DNA of 64,000 nt from Thermoanaerobaculia bacterium (GCA_963664405.1 OY761158.1:3264001-3328000), one strand, 5' to 3'. Shown: positions 20,205 to 30,845, counted from the stretch's first letter. Made by a program: numbers and translations. Notes: generated by a model not told the origin, from the sequence alone.

Positions 20205-21471
20205 GACCTGGGACCGCGAGAAGAATGTCGAGTGGGTGACCGAAGTCCCCGGCCGCGGCTGGTCGTCGCCGATCGTGTGGGGCGATCAGGTCTTCCTCAC
20301 CAGCGCGTTCCCCGACGAGAAGCTCGGGCGCTTGGAGCCCAAGGGCACCTTCCGCTGGATGGTCTACTCTCTCGACATCGAGACCGGAGAGATGCGCTGG
20401 TCTCGGGAGGCGCACGCCGGACCGGCGGATCCCATGTCGCAGCGCCGCCGCACCAACGGTTACGCGACCCCGACTCCGACCACCGATGGTGAGCGGGTCT
20501 ATGCTCTTTTTGGATCCCACGGGCTCTACGCCTACGAGCTCGACGGCACGCCGGCCTGGACCTACCCCATCGACAGGAGACAGACCTTCTTCGACTACGG
20601 CCACGCGGCTTCGCCGGTGGTGCACGAAGGCCAGGTCATCTTCACTTCGGACACGGAGGAGGAGTCCTACATCGCCTCGATCGACGCCGAGACCGGCAGG
20701 GAGCTGTGGAGAACAATTCGCAACGAGACCACCTCCTACGCCACCCCGCTGGTGTGGAAGAACGATCTGCGCACCGAGGTCCTGACCTCCGGGGTACGGC
20801 GAATTCGCTCCTACGATCTCGACGGCGAGCTGCTCTGGGAGATGGACGGAGGCATGGGCCAGAATCTCTCACCTTCGCCCTTCTCGAGCCATGGGTTGGC
20901 CTATGTCACCGCCGGGTACTACAAATACCCGCACCGACCGGTGTATGCGTTCAAAGCGGGGGCCAGTGGAGACATCAGCCTGCGCAGCTGGAGCGAGGGG
21001 AAAGAGAACGCGCCGAGAGGGGCCAGCGAGGAGCAGGTCGCCAAGATGGGCGGGGACATCTCGAAGGACTCTCTGAAGGAAGAGGAGCGCTCCAGCGAGT
21101 TCCTCGCCTGGTACCAGCCGGTGGCGGGACCCGAGGTCACCTCACCCCTGGTCGTCGGCGACTACTACTACACTCTGCTCGATCAGGGCTTCATCACCTG
21201 TCATGACGCCAAGACCGGTGAAGTGGTCTATGGCAAGACTCGCATCCCCGGCTATGACCGCTTCATGTCCTCACCCTGGTACTACAATGGAAGGATCTTC
21301 TTGCTCAGCGAGGACGGCAGGACGTTCGTCGTCAAACCCGGTCCCGAGTTCGAAGTCCTTCATCGCAACGAGCTCGACGAGCTCACCATCGCCACTCCAG
21401 CCATCGCACAGGGTCGATTGTTCATTCGCACGGAGTCACGGCTGTACTCCATTACCAAGAGCAGAGAGTAG
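20200..21471 (+). CDS. PQQ-binding-like beta-propeller repeat protein, likely 5'-truncated (no signal peptide)
   Basis: NVEWVTEVPGRGWSSPIVWGD, YATPTPTTDGERVYALFGS, ATPAIAQGRLFIRT. Confidence 0.8.
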   Translation: MMTWDREKNVEWVTEVPGRGWSSPIVWGDQVFLTSAFPDEKLGRLEPKGTFRWMVYSLDIETGEMRWSREAHAGPADPMSQRRRTNGYATPTPTTDGERVYALFGSHGLYAYELDGTPAWTYPIDRRQTFFDYGHAASPVVHEGQVIFTSDTEEESYIASIDAETGRELWRTIRNETTSYATPLVWKNDLRTEVLTSGVRRIRSYDLDGELLWEMDGGMGQNLSPSPFSSHGLAYVTAGYYKYPHRPVYAFKAGASGDISLRSWSEGKENAPRGASEEQVAKMGGDISKDSLKEEERSSEFLAWYQPVAGPEVTSPLVVGDYYYTLLDQGFITCHDAKTGEVVYGKTRIPGYDRFMSSPWYYNGRIFLLSEDGRTFVVKPGPEFEVLHRNELDELTIATPAIAQGRLFIRTESRLYSITKSRE

Positions 21472-21513
21472 AGTCATGCGCCGTGTTCGGCGCACTTTCA
21501 ACGGGGGGAGACC

Positions 21514-23403
21514 GTGAAGGTTGGGGCATTCTTTCCCCCCGCTAAGCGAGAGCGCGGGTCCTTTCGCCATCTCGGGCACCTGAAGCGTCTCGGCCCCTAC
21601 GTGCGGCAGTATGCCTGGGTTCTGAGCGTATCGGTCGGGGGCCTCTTGGTTACGCGCTTTTTCGACGCCATCGTGCCGCAGTTCATGCGGACAGCCATTG
21701 ACAGCCTCGTCGAGCCCGACACTCCGTCGAACGTGCTGTGGCCGGCGGTGGGGATCCTGGGCGTCGTCGCCGTCAGATTCGGCATCTATGTGTGGGCGCG
21801 TCGACTCTTGCGTCGGGTCTCGATCTCTGTCTCCTACGACTTGCGCAGACGACTCTTCGATCATATCCAGTACCAGGGGGCGGCTTTCTTCAACCGATAC
21901 GGGACCGGCGACCTCATGTCGCGTGCCGTCAATGACGTGGGAATGGTCCAGAGGGTGGTCTCCTTCGGCTGGGTCACCATCGTCATGTTCTTCTTCTCGA
22001 TCGGCACCGGCCTCTACTTCATGATCGGGATGTCGCCCGCGCTCACCGCCTGGGTTGTTTTGCCGATGCCGCTTGTAGCCATCGCCGGCTTTGTCATGGC
22101 TCGCGGCATGTTCCCCTACTTTCGCGCGCAGCAGGAGGCGCAGGCGGCGATCGCGTCTTTCACCCAGGAGAATCTGAACGGCATTCGCACCATCCAGGCG
22201 GCGGCCCAGGAAGACGAGGAGATTCGTCGCTTCCGAGAGGTCAGCACGGTGTTCGCGGACAAGGTCTATCGGGCGACGCGCTACGCCGCGAGCATGAAGT
22301 TGATGATGCCGTTTCTGTCGATGATCTCGATCGTGGTCGTCCTCTTCTACGGCGGCACCTTGGTGCAGCGGGGGGAGATCACCGTCGGCACCTTCTCGGC
22401 GTTTTTTGCCTACCTTGCGATGGTGACCGGCTCGGTAAGCAGTATCGGCATGTCGGTGCAGATGTTCACCTCCGCCGCCGCCGGTACTCAGCGGATCTTC
22501 GAGCTGCTCGACAGCGAGCCCGAGATCGTCGAGACCTCTGCCGAGGATCTCCCGCAAGAGATCCGCGGCGATCTCGAGTTTCGCGGCCTCTCCTATCGCT
22601 ATCCCGAAGCGGCGAGATCCGCCCTCGAGGGCATCGATCTGCATGTCTCGTCCGGCGAGACCATTGCCTTTCTCGGCCGAGTCGGCTCGGGTAAGTCCAC
22701 TCTCTTGCGCGCGGTCGTGCGTCTCGTGGATACGCCTGCCGGGAGGGTTTTCCTGGATGGGCGAGATGTCTGCGACTACCCCCTCCATCGACTGCGCGAG
22801 GTGGTTACGCTGGTGCCGCAGGATCCGTTCCTGTTCTCCGCCACTCTGCGCGCGAATCTGAGTTACGACGATCCGAGCCGTTCCGATGAGCAGATCTGGG
22901 AGGCCGCGGAGGCGGCCGGCCTGGCACAGACCATCCGCGAGCTCAGCGAGGGTCTCGATACGGTGGTCGGCGAGCGCGGCATCACGCTCTCAGGTGGCCA
23001 GAGACAGCGAGCGACTCTGGCGCGCGGACTCATCCGCGAGGCTCCGGTGCTGCTGATGGACGACTGCTTCTCCAGCGTCGACACAGCGACCGAGGAGCTG
23101 ATCCTGAGTGGTCTCGAGAGAATGCGGGAAGGAAAGACGACCTTGCTGATCTCACACCGGGTCTCTACCGCGCGCCACGCGAACCGAATCTTCGTTCTCG
23201 ACGAGGGGCGGGTGCTCGAGTCGGGCACTCACGAGGAGCTGTTGGCGCTTGGCGGTTACTACGCCGATCTCGAGGCCGTCCAACGAAACCAGGATCAGGA
23301 TCGCGCCCGCAAAGACCGCTTGGTGCGGAACCTTCAAGATTCCCAAGAGCGGGAGGAGCCCGCACAGCGGGGAGAGCCCGCGGTAGCGAGTACGGAATCA
23401 TGA
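21514..23403 (+). CDS. ABC exporter, fused permease and ATPase (heterodimer subunit 1)
   Basis: TGDLMSR, Walker [22 protein letters not shown] (degenerate Walker B), SHR. Confidence 0.92.
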   Translation: MKVGAFFPPAKRERGSFRHLGHLKRLGPYVRQYAWVLSVSVGGLLVTRFFDAIVPQFMRTAIDSLVEPDTPSNVLWPAVGILGVVAVRFGIYVWARRLLRRVSISVSYDLRRRLFDHIQYQGAAFFNRYGTGDLMSRAVNDVGMVQRVVSFGWVTIVMFFFSIGTGLYFMIGMSPALTAWVVLPMPLVAIAGFVMARGMFPYFRAQQEAQAAIASFTQENLNGIRTIQAAAQEDEEIRRFREVSTVFADKVYRATRYAASMKLMMPFLSMISIVVVLFYGGTLVQRGEITVGTFSAFFAYLAMVTGSVSSIGMSVQMFTSAAAGTQRIFELLDSEPEIVETSAEDLPQEIRGDLEFRGLSYRYPEAARSALEGIDLHVSSGETIAFLGRVGSGKSTLLRAVVRLVDTPAGRVFLDGRDVCDYPLHRLREVVTLVPQDPFLFSATLRANLSYDDPSRSDEQIWEAAEAAGLAQTIRELSEGLDTVVGERGITLSGGQRQRATLARGLIREAPVLLMDDCFSSVDTATEELILSGLERMREGKTTLLISHRVSTARHANRIFVLDEGRVLESGTHEELLALGGYYADLEAVQRNQDQDRARKDRLVRNLQDSQEREEPAQRGEPAVASTES

Positions 23404-25394
23404 GCGAAGCCGCCTTGGTACCTCCGGCGAAGAACTACTCTGCGTTTGACGCAGATCTCACCCATAAGGCGCTCAATGTTCGCCTTTTCGTCCGCCTCCT
23501 GGGATGGATGAAGCCCTATCGCTTTACTCTGATCTCGAGCATGGCGCTGGTGGTTGTCGCCGCCGCAAGCAGCGTCATGATGCCGGTGATCACCGGCCGA
23601 GTGATCATCGACATGGTGCTCCTGCCCAATCCACAGTCGGCCGACTTACCCGACTACGGGTTGATCGCGGCAACCCGCTTTCTGGCCGAGCTCTTCAGCG
23701 TCGAGATGCTGACGGCAGCAGTTTTTCTCTACGTCGGGCTCGTCATCGTCCAGACTCTCTTGCGCTACGCGCACCAACTGACTTTGGCCAGCGCCGCGCT
23801 CAAGGGGCTTCGCGACCTGCGAGTCGATCTCTTCACCGCACTCGAGCGTAAGCCCGCGTCGTTCTTCGATCATGTTGCGGTCGGGCGGCTGATGACTCGA
23901 GTGACCAATGACGTCGGAGCCCTCTTCGACCTACTCAGCGGCTTCGGCATGCTGGCCGGCGAGTTCGTCCCTTTCTTTCTCGCCGTGTTTCTGATGCTCC
24001 ACCTCAGTAGCCAGTTGACCGGCATGCTGATGTTCGTGGTGCCGGTGGCGGCGGTGGGCACCTACATTTTCCGGGTGGCGATGCGCCAGATCTTCCGCCT
24101 CGTTCGCAACTCGGTCTCCGCGTTGAACCAGTACATGCAGGAAGATCTGATGGGCATCGAGATCGTCCAGCTCTCAGGGCGAGAGGCAATGAACTCGCAG
24201 GCCTACGGAGAGCTCAACAGCGAAAACCGCCGCCAGCAGTTCCGCGCCGTCGACTATGAGGTGGTGTTCGAGACCTTCAATACCAGTTTGGGCAGCATCG
24301 CGACCGCCTTGATCGTCTGGTACGGCGGAGGGCAGGTCGTGCAGAATGAGATCTCTCTCGGCTCGATGGTGCTCTTCACTCAGCTCATCGGCATGATGGT
24401 GACGCCGGTCATCGCCGTCGGTCAGCAGTTCAACAGTCTGTTTCGGTCGATGGCGTCGGGTGAGCGGATCTTCCAGGCCTTGGATTGGAAAGAGACGCTG
24501 CACGAGCCCGCCCATCCGGTGGTCCTTCCCGAGCGTCTCGAGGGAGACGTCGAGCTTCGGAATGTGAGCTTCAGCTACGCGGTCGGCGGCCCGGTATTGA
24601 AGGACGTGTCCTTCAAGATCGCTCCGGGTGAGAAGCTCGCGATCGTCGGCCCCACCGGCTCGGGGAAGAGCACCGTCATTCGCCTACTCGTCCGTTTCTA
24701 CGACATCGAAGACAAGACGATCTTCATCGACGGCATCGACGTCAACGACATCCTCAGTCGCGACCTACGCAAGCGAGTGGGCGTCGTGTTGCAGGATTTT
24801 CACGTCTTCTCAGGCTCGGTACTCGACAACATCACGCTGAACAACCCCGCGATCAGTCGCGAGCGGGCCGAGTGGGCTGCTGAGGTGGTGCACGCCGATC
24901 GCTTCATCCGCGAGCTTCCGGAGGGCTACGACAGCATCCTGGCGGAGCGCGGTCAGAACCTGTCGCAGGGGCAGCGTCAACTGCTCGCCTTCGCAAGAGT
25001 GCTCGCCGCCGACCCCGAGATCCTGGTGCTCGACGAGGCCACCGCCAATATCGACACCGCCACCGAGCTCATCATTCAAGACGCGTTACACCGGCTGACC
25101 GAGGGCCGCACCTCGATCATCATCGCCCACCGTCTGCAGACGATCCAGGAGTGCGACAGGGTGCTGGTTCTCCACCACGGGGTGGTCGAGGAGCTCGGCA
25201 CCCACGACGAGCTCATCGCCCACGGCGGCATCTACCACACCCTCCACGAGCTTCAATTTCAGGACGACGAAGTCACCGCCTCCCTCAAAGGCGAGGCGGT
25301 GGAAGACGGCGAAGGTCAGCCGCCGAAGCCGCCAAAGGCGAGCCCGTCGGCCGAAGACGACCCCTGGGTCCCCGGCGTCGAGCCGATTGCTTAG
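23400..25394 (+). CDS. ABC exporter, fused permease and ATPase (heterodimer subunit 2)
   Basis: GRLMTRVTND, GPTGSGKS, LSQGQRQ, LVLDEAT, AHRL; ATGA overlap with the upstream gene. Confidence 0.92.
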   Translation: MSEAALVPPAKNYSAFDADLTHKALNVRLFVRLLGWMKPYRFTLISSMALVVVAAASSVMMPVITGRVIIDMVLLPNPQSADLPDYGLIAATRFLAELFSVEMLTAAVFLYVGLVIVQTLLRYAHQLTLASAALKGLRDLRVDLFTALERKPASFFDHVAVGRLMTRVTNDVGALFDLLSGFGMLAGEFVPFFLAVFLMLHLSSQLTGMLMFVVPVAAVGTYIFRVAMRQIFRLVRNSVSALNQYMQEDLMGIEIVQLSGREAMNSQAYGELNSENRRQQFRAVDYEVVFETFNTSLGSIATALIVWYGGGQVVQNEISLGSMVLFTQLIGMMVTPVIAVGQQFNSLFRSMASGERIFQALDWKETLHEPAHPVVLPERLEGDVELRNVSFSYAVGGPVLKDVSFKIAPGEKLAIVGPTGSGKSTVIRLLVRFYDIEDKTIFIDGIDVNDILSRDLRKRVGVVLQDFHVFSGSVLDNITLNNPAISRERAEWAAEVVHADRFIRELPEGYDSILAERGQNLSQGQRQLLAFARVLAADPEILVLDEATANIDTATELIIQDALHRLTEGRTSIIIAHRLQTIQECDRVLVLHHGVVEELGTHDELIAHGGIYHTLHELQFQDDEVTASLKGEAVEDGEGQPPKPPKASPSAEDDPWVPGVEPIA

Positions 25395-25395
25395 G

Positions 25396-25589
25396 CGTCG
25401 TTTTCGCTCGGGCCGGCCGCGGGAGGGGTCTCGAAGGGCGCGGGGAGCGTGCGGGCCGGGGTGCTTCGCGGGTTACCTAAGCACTCGTAGTGAAGCCGCC
25501 TTGCTTCGGTATGTTTATGCTGCGCACCCCGGCCCCCACGCTCCCCGCGCCCCCGAGACCCCTCCCGCGGCCTGCGGGGGCGAGCGACG
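25396..25589. repeat. Long GC-rich inverted repeat (stem about 50 bp) between convergent genes
   Basis: Arms 25415..25464 (GGCCGCGGGAGGGGTCTCG..GGGGTGC) and 25524..25572 (GCACCCC..CGAGACCCCTCCCGCGGCC), with weaker outer pairing. Confidence 0.8.
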
Positions 25590-25644
25590 TGGGCGACGGT
25601 TGGTGTCGCACCCACAGGGTCCGTACCAAGATACGCTCGTAGCA

Positions 25645-27153
25645 CTACCACTGCGGATTGTCGCTGCCGAGTGGGCGGGCGCCGAAGGACCAGTATGGCT
25701 GTGTCTCCGACATCTGCAGCGCGGGCGCCAAGTGCGTCATCTCTCCATACGGTGTGTCATGAGTCTCGAAGAAGTGGTCTATTCCACCCGCCTGCGACGA
25801 TGATGGGTTGCCTTCTATTAGTCGATATAGCGAGTCTTTGCGGAGGTCGCGACTGAATATATTTGTTTCTCCGCCGAGAGACGCCAACGATGCCAGATCG
25901 CCTGGGGAGCTCGTTCCCAGTCTGAGATACCACATGGCGGTTTGAGTGAGCGATACCTGCACATGCCAGGACCCACCCTCTGTTGCACGTCTGCGCAGCG
26001 CCTCGAGTACGCCATAGGCCGCGAAATACCCAGTGGTGTAGTCATTCATCGGCGCTGGAGCTAATCGTGGAGCGCCAGGATCTTCCCCGGCAGCGAGCGC
26101 ACGGTCCAGATCCGCCGCTAGCGGGGCTCTTTCGCCCTGAAGAAGTGCGATGCCGGATACCGTTTGGGCGAGCTGCTCCCATCCTGGTCTGTTCGCCCAC
26201 GGACCATGATGCCCGTAGCAGTTCTCGGACACATACACGATTCCGGGTCGCAGCTGAGCCATCGCTTCCGGGCCAAAGCCTCGCTTATCCAAGGTCCCTT
26301 TACGGAACCCCTGATTGAATACATCAGCATCTCTCGCCAGGTTTCTCAGGACTTCCGCATCCTGGGCACTGTTCAGATCAATGTGTATCTGACGTTTACC
26401 GTGCCCCGTATCCATCTCGGCCATTTCCATCGTCGGCAAACTCGGAGATGCCACATGGAGGACCTGGGCGCCGTGCTCCGCGAGAGTTCGTGCGCTTGTC
26501 GGGCCTGCGAGCACTCGTGTGAGGTCCAAGACGCGTAGATCTGAAAGCGGTCGGGATCCGGTTTTGTGACCTTCGACCGGGGAGTCTCCGATTCTTGTGA
26601 TTTCAACCGCTGGCCTGTTGATCAGATCCTTTCCCTGGGGGTGACCGATCCACTCTTCCGAGCTCCTCATCGCGGCCCCGGTCACTCCTTGCTCGATGAG
26701 CGCCTCTTCAAGCTCGAACACATTTTGCTTCGACATTGCTTTCGCAATGGTCGCTACGTCGGCCTCTTCGTCGATGCCGAGTTGTTTCGCGATCACCGGC
26801 GCGTCGTTGAAGGATCGATGGAGATGAAAGAATCTTCCATCGCCACAGCGAAAGATGCGAGTCATGCTCTGGTTCCTATGCGTCTTGGGCATATTCTCTA
26901 GAGCAAGCCAGCTCATCGAGTTCAACGATGCAGCCGCATGACGGATGTCAATACTGAGCCTCTGTGCCTTGTGGCCTTGCTGCTGCCAGATCTCATCGAT
27001 CTTTGCGCCGACCAGGGCATGTACGACCGCGGCACCCTCCGCAAGATGAAGGGGAGAGTAGTAGATAGGGTCCGAGCCGATGATCTCGATATCGGCTTCC
27101 GGAACAGGGAGGCCGGCCAGGCGGATCGCCCGTTCAATGTCTTGTTTATGCAC
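25645..27153 (-). CDS. CaiB/BaiF family III CoA-transferase (long two-lobe type)
   Basis: PLSDLRVLDLTRVLAGPT, LAEHGAQVL, DTGHGKR, GWEQLAQ. Confidence 0.9.
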   Translation of the reverse strand: MHKQDIERAIRLAGLPVPEADIEIIGSDPIYYSPLHLAEGAAVVHALVGAKIDEIWQQQGHKAQRLSIDIRHAAASLNSMSWLALENMPKTHRNQSMTRIFRCGDGRFFHLHRSFNDAPVIAKQLGIDEEADVATIAKAMSKQNVFELEEALIEQGVTGAAMRSSEEWIGHPQGKDLINRPAVEITRIGDSPVEGHKTGSRPLSDLRVLDLTRVLAGPTSARTLAEHGAQVLHVASPSLPTMEMAEMDTGHGKRQIHIDLNSAQDAEVLRNLARDADVFNQGFRKGTLDKRGFGPEAMAQLRPGIVYVSENCYGHHGPWANRPGWEQLAQTVSGIALLQGERAPLAADLDRALAAGEDPGAPRLAPAPMNDYTTGYFAAYGVLEALRRRATEGGSWHVQVSLTQTAMWYLRLGTSSPGDLASLASLGGETNIFSRDLRKDSLYRLIEGNPSSSQAGGIDHFFETHDTPYGEMTHLAPALQMSETQPYWSFGARPLGSDNPQW

Positions 27154-27343
27154 TGCTGGTCGCTCTCCTGTCCTTCCATCTACGCGTAGGGAGGATCGCG
27201 ACGACGTGAGCCTCCCTCGCTAAGCCCCCAGGCGCAGCCCCCCCGAGCGGGCCTCACTAGGCAGCCCCCCTGGGCGGGCCCCCCTGAAGCGGCCGGTCCG
27301 GCGATATCGACCGCCGAAGGAACTCTCTCGCCAGGACTACCGG

Positions 27344-28171
27344 CTAACGACCCGTGAATACAGGCTGCTCTTTCGCGAGGAAGGCTTTGACGGCGGTTCG
27401 ATGATCCTCGGTGCGTCCGCAGTGAACGTGATGCGTCGCCTCCAGGTCGAGGCAGTCATCGACGTCGCCTGACAACGCCCGATTGAGGTTTTCCTTCATG
27501 TAGCGATAGGCGATGGTCGGCCCGTTGGCCAGTCGGCTGGCGATCGCGGCGGTCTTCTCCGCCAGCTCTTCCGGCTCGCAGACCCAGTTGGTCAGGCCCA
27601 GTGCCAGCGCTTCTTGCGCGCTCACTCGATCGGATAGGTAGTAGAGCTCACGCGCTTTGGCGGAGCCTACGAGCTGAGTCAGGAAATAGGTGCCGCCGTA
27701 GTCTCCGGAGAAGCCGACACGGGCGAATGCGGTGGTGAGGAGGGCATTCGACGCCATGATGCGAAGATCACAGGCCAGCGCTAGACCGAGCCCTGCGCCA
27801 GCGGCGGCGCCAGGAAGAGACGCGATCGTGGGCTTGGGCATTTTGAAGAGCTTGCCGGCGGTTGCGCGCTGATTGACGCGCTGGCGATGAATGGCGGCGT
27901 CGAGCGAGATCTCTTCGCCACCGCCGTCGTTGCGAGAGGCCATGCCCTTTACGTCGCCGCCGGCACAGAATCCCTTTCCGGCGCCGGTAAGCACGATGCA
28001 TTTCACCGCCGGATTGAGCTCCAGGTCGGCCAGCACGGTTGCCAGGGCGCTGGTCATCTCGCCCGACATCGCGTTTCTGGCTTGAGGCCGGTTCATGGTC
28101 AGGGTCGCGACGCCGTCACTCAGGCTCCCTAGCAGATCCTCGGTTCCCGTTTCGATCTTTGATTCGCTCAT
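27344..28171 (-). CDS. Enoyl-CoA hydratase/isomerase family protein
   Basis: LTMNRP, FCAGGDV, GAAAGAG, LACDLRI. Confidence 0.92.
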   Translation of the reverse strand: MSESKIETGTEDLLGSLSDGVATLTMNRPQARNAMSGEMTSALATVLADLELNPAVKCIVLTGAGKGFCAGGDVKGMASRNDGGGEEISLDAAIHRQRVNQRATAGKLFKMPKPTIASLPGAAAGAGLGLALACDLRIMASNALLTTAFARVGFSGDYGGTYFLTQLVGSAKARELYYLSDRVSAQEALALGLTNWVCEPEELAEKTAAIASRLANGPTIAYRYMKENLNRALSGDVDDCLDLEATHHVHCGRTEDHRTAVKAFLAKEQPVFTGR

Positions 28172-28252
28172 TCTCTTTACTCCCTGAAAGTCTATTAGCT
28201 GCTTCCAAATGCGGTGGTGGAGATCGTCCGAGTCATCATCTCCCTTTCAGCC

Positions 28253-28337
28253 ATGCGCCGTCCTCGGCGCCAACAGCAAGAACTAGAAGAGAAATGATAT
28301 CCATCATTTCTTCCTCAGATATGCGCCGTCCTCGGCG
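28253..28337. repeat. 17-bp direct repeat flanking a hairpin, at the truncation point of the SDR gene
   Basis: ATGCGCCGTCCTCGGCG at 28253 and 28321; AGAAATGAT-ATCC-ATCATTTCT between them. Confidence 0.7.
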
Positions 28338-28650
28338 TGTCCTCGGCCTTCTTCATGCTCGATCCGCCACCCGCGTTGTTGACCATGATGTCGAGGCGGC
28401 CGAATCTGTCGACCGTCTGCTTGATCAGGTTGTCGACGTCGTCAGGCTTGGTGATGTCGGTGGCGAGCGCGAGGGACTGGGCTCCGAGGGCCTCGATCTC
28501 CGCTGCGACCTTGTCCAGGTTCTCCTGCTTGCGGCTCGCTACCACGACGTTGGCACCGGCTCTCGCGTACTCGAGCGAGATATGTGTCCCGATCCCACCC
28601 GCGCCGCCGGTGACGATGGCGGTCTTGCCCTGCAGATCAAACTTCGACAT
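28315..28650 (-). pseudogene. N-terminal fragment of a short-chain dehydrogenase/reductase
   Basis: TGGAGGIG, GRLDIMVNNAG, then ends before the catalytic YxxxK. Confidence 0.88.
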
Positions 28651-28754
28651 TCAGGCCCTTTGTCAGATAGTTGAACGGTCGGAGGCTCGAAGGGCTGACT
28701 ATCTCGCTGCAATTGAGCGCTGTCAAGGTCCCGCGAGCGGCGTTGAAGGAGGCA

Positions 28755-29921
28755 TCACCGAGCTGGCCAGCGCCACGGGGGGGTGCTGAAGCGGTCCTGG
28801 TCGAGGGCATGGGTCTCGCCAAGCTCTTTGTCGAGTCGGATGTGGTTCACGCTCTCGGATGGGCCGAGAGTGTCGATGAGCCCGGCCGCGTGAGACACCA
28901 CCCAGAGCTGCGTCTTTTTCGCGCATTTCTTCATCAAAGGGCCGAGGGCCGGGAGCAGCTCCGGGTGCAGGCTGGTCTCGGGCTCGTTGAGCACCATCAT
29001 CGAGGGCGGGCGCGGAGTGTGGAGCGCGGCGATCCAGCGCAAATAGCGCAGGGTGCCGTCGGAGAGCTCCGCTTGAGACAGCGGCCTGAGCAGGCCGTGC
29101 TGGAGGAACTCCAGTTGAAAACGGTCTCCGAGCACTTGCACGCGGACCTCGGCTCCGGGGAAGGCATCGCTGACCGCGAGATCGAGCCCCGCCGCGTCGC
29201 CGATCTCACGGATCGTCTGCCAGGCGGCGGCGAGGTCGTGTCCGTCGTTGCTGAGCGCGGGGGTGCGGGTGCCGATCTGAGGTTGGCGTGCCGGTGAGCC
29301 GCTGTCCGAGCGAAAGTGGTCATAGAAGCGCCCTGAGCGGAGGGTGCGCCTCATCAGCAGGTTCTCCGGCGTCCGCTCCGGATCGGCCAGCTGCGCCAGC
29401 ATGCTGTCGAAGGGTTGGAGATTCTGCTCGATCACTGACCATTCCCCGGCCTCGTCCCTGGCACGAACCACAGCACCGCGACGGTCGACCAGAGCGCGGC
29501 GCTCGTGCCATGAATCGCCGTGCCAGATCACCTCGCGCTTGATCTCCGGATCGTGGTTGAAGAGAGTCTTGGCGCTGGGCGGGGGCAGTCCGAAGTCGAT
29601 CGCGAAGCCGAGGTCCTCACCGGAGAAGCTGAGTCGCAAGGCGACCCTTTTCTTTCGCGGCCCCCCCTGAACCGGCTCTTCGCCACGCCGGACCGAGCGG
29701 GAGGCTTGCTCCGGCCCAGCCCACAGCACCGACTCGAGCCCGCCTTCGGCGGCGATAGTCTGGTGCGCGGTGCCCTGCGCGGTCTCGCACACCAAGCGCA
29801 GGCCGCGATACAGGTTCGACTTTCCACTGCCGTTCGGGCCGGTAACCAGGTTCAACGAGCCCAGGGGGAGGATCAGCTCTCGGAGGGAACGGTAGCCTGC
29901 AACCGCGAAGGTCTTGATCAC
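28755..29921 (-). CDS. ABC/AAA-type predicted ATPase (RecF/SMC-like N-terminus)
   Basis: GYRSL, Walker A GPNGSGKS, ELSDGTLRYL, LNEPETSLHP, VVSH. Confidence 0.88.
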   Translation of the reverse strand: MIKTFAVAGYRSLRELILPLGSLNLVTGPNGSGKSNLYRGLRLVCETAQGTAHQTIAAEGGLESVLWAGPEQASRSVRRGEEPVQGGPRKKRVALRLSFSGEDLGFAIDFGLPPPSAKTLFNHDPEIKREVIWHGDSWHERRALVDRRGAVVRARDEAGEWSVIEQNLQPFDSMLAQLADPERTPENLLMRRTLRSGRFYDHFRSDSGSPARQPQIGTRTPALSNDGHDLAAAWQTIREIGDAAGLDLAVSDAFPGAEVRVQVLGDRFQLEFLQHGLLRPLSQAELSDGTLRYLRWIAALHTPRPPSMMVLNEPETSLHPELLPALGPLMKKCAKKTQLWVVSHAAGLIDTLGPSESVNHIRLDKELGETHALDQDRFSTPPWRWPAR

Positions 29922-30124
29922 GCTCACCCTCGAGTCAAGAACCGATGCTGGCTTCGTTCGGAGACCTCGACCTGACCGATCCACGACCGCGCGCGACGTG
30001 CGAGGCGATCGCCGCTTCCCTCGCCGCACATCTGTCTTCGGTCGGACATACGCCCACTCTACTGAGCTTCATATATCTTCGCCACAAACTTTGCACACTG
30101 TTGTGGGATACTCCCGAGCGCTGA

Positions 30125-30845
30125 ATGACTGCGCTGCGCCCACTGATCGTCACGCTCCTTCTGCCGTTGATGGCAGTCGTCGGAGCCGCTCTCGCGAGTG
30201 AGCCGAGCCACGGCATCGCCTACTTCGGCAACCTCAAATACCCGAAGGACATGACTCACTTCCCCTACGCCAATCCCGACGCCCCCAAGGAAGGCAGAAT
30301 CAGTACGTGGCTACCCGGCTCCTTCAACAATCTACATCCCTATAAAGAGGGGATCACGGTGGCGGTCGGGATGACCTATGCCCGCCCCGCCTCCACCTCG
30401 GATCGGCTGACCAAGGGAAGCGAGGATGAGCTGTCCTCGGTCTACTGCCTGCTGTGCGAGACGGTCGAAGTCGCCGACGATTATGCCTGGGTCGCCTATA
30501 CGTTGCGCGAGGGCGCGCGCTGGCACGACGGAGTGCCTGTAACCGTCGACGACGCGTCCTATGGACTTTCGACACAGTGAAGCGAGAGGGTGACGTGGGG
30601 GCCAAGAGCGCCTATCGCGACATTCTGAGTGTCGAGCAGACCGGACCTCGCTCTTTCCGCTTTCACCTCCGAGATGGGCCGATCAGGACGCGCCGGCTGG
30701 TGATGCAGACAGCGAGCTTCATGCCCCTGGCGAAACACTATTGGAAAGACAAGGACTTCAGCGAAACGACCATCGTGCCGCCCCTGGGCAACGGGGCCTA
30801 TCGTGTCAAGGAGGTGGATCTGGGCCACAAGATCGTCTTCGAACC
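30125..30845 (+). pseudogene. YejA-like extracellular solute-binding protein (family 5); frameshifted at about 30555 and 3'-truncated
   Basis: Signal peptide, HGIAYFGNLKYP, HFPYANPDAPK, ARWHDGVPVT; next frame WTFD..PPLGNGAY..KIVFE, then fused out of frame to an ATPase. Confidence 0.8.

Noticed and set aside
27220-27300. Short GC-rich imperfect tandem repeats (GCAGCCCCCC..GCGGGCC)
   Set aside because: Only two or three degenerate low-complexity units, with no function supportable.
28755-29921. ATPase as part of an anti-phage defence system
   Set aside because: No nuclease, TOPRIM or other partner gene is adjacent.
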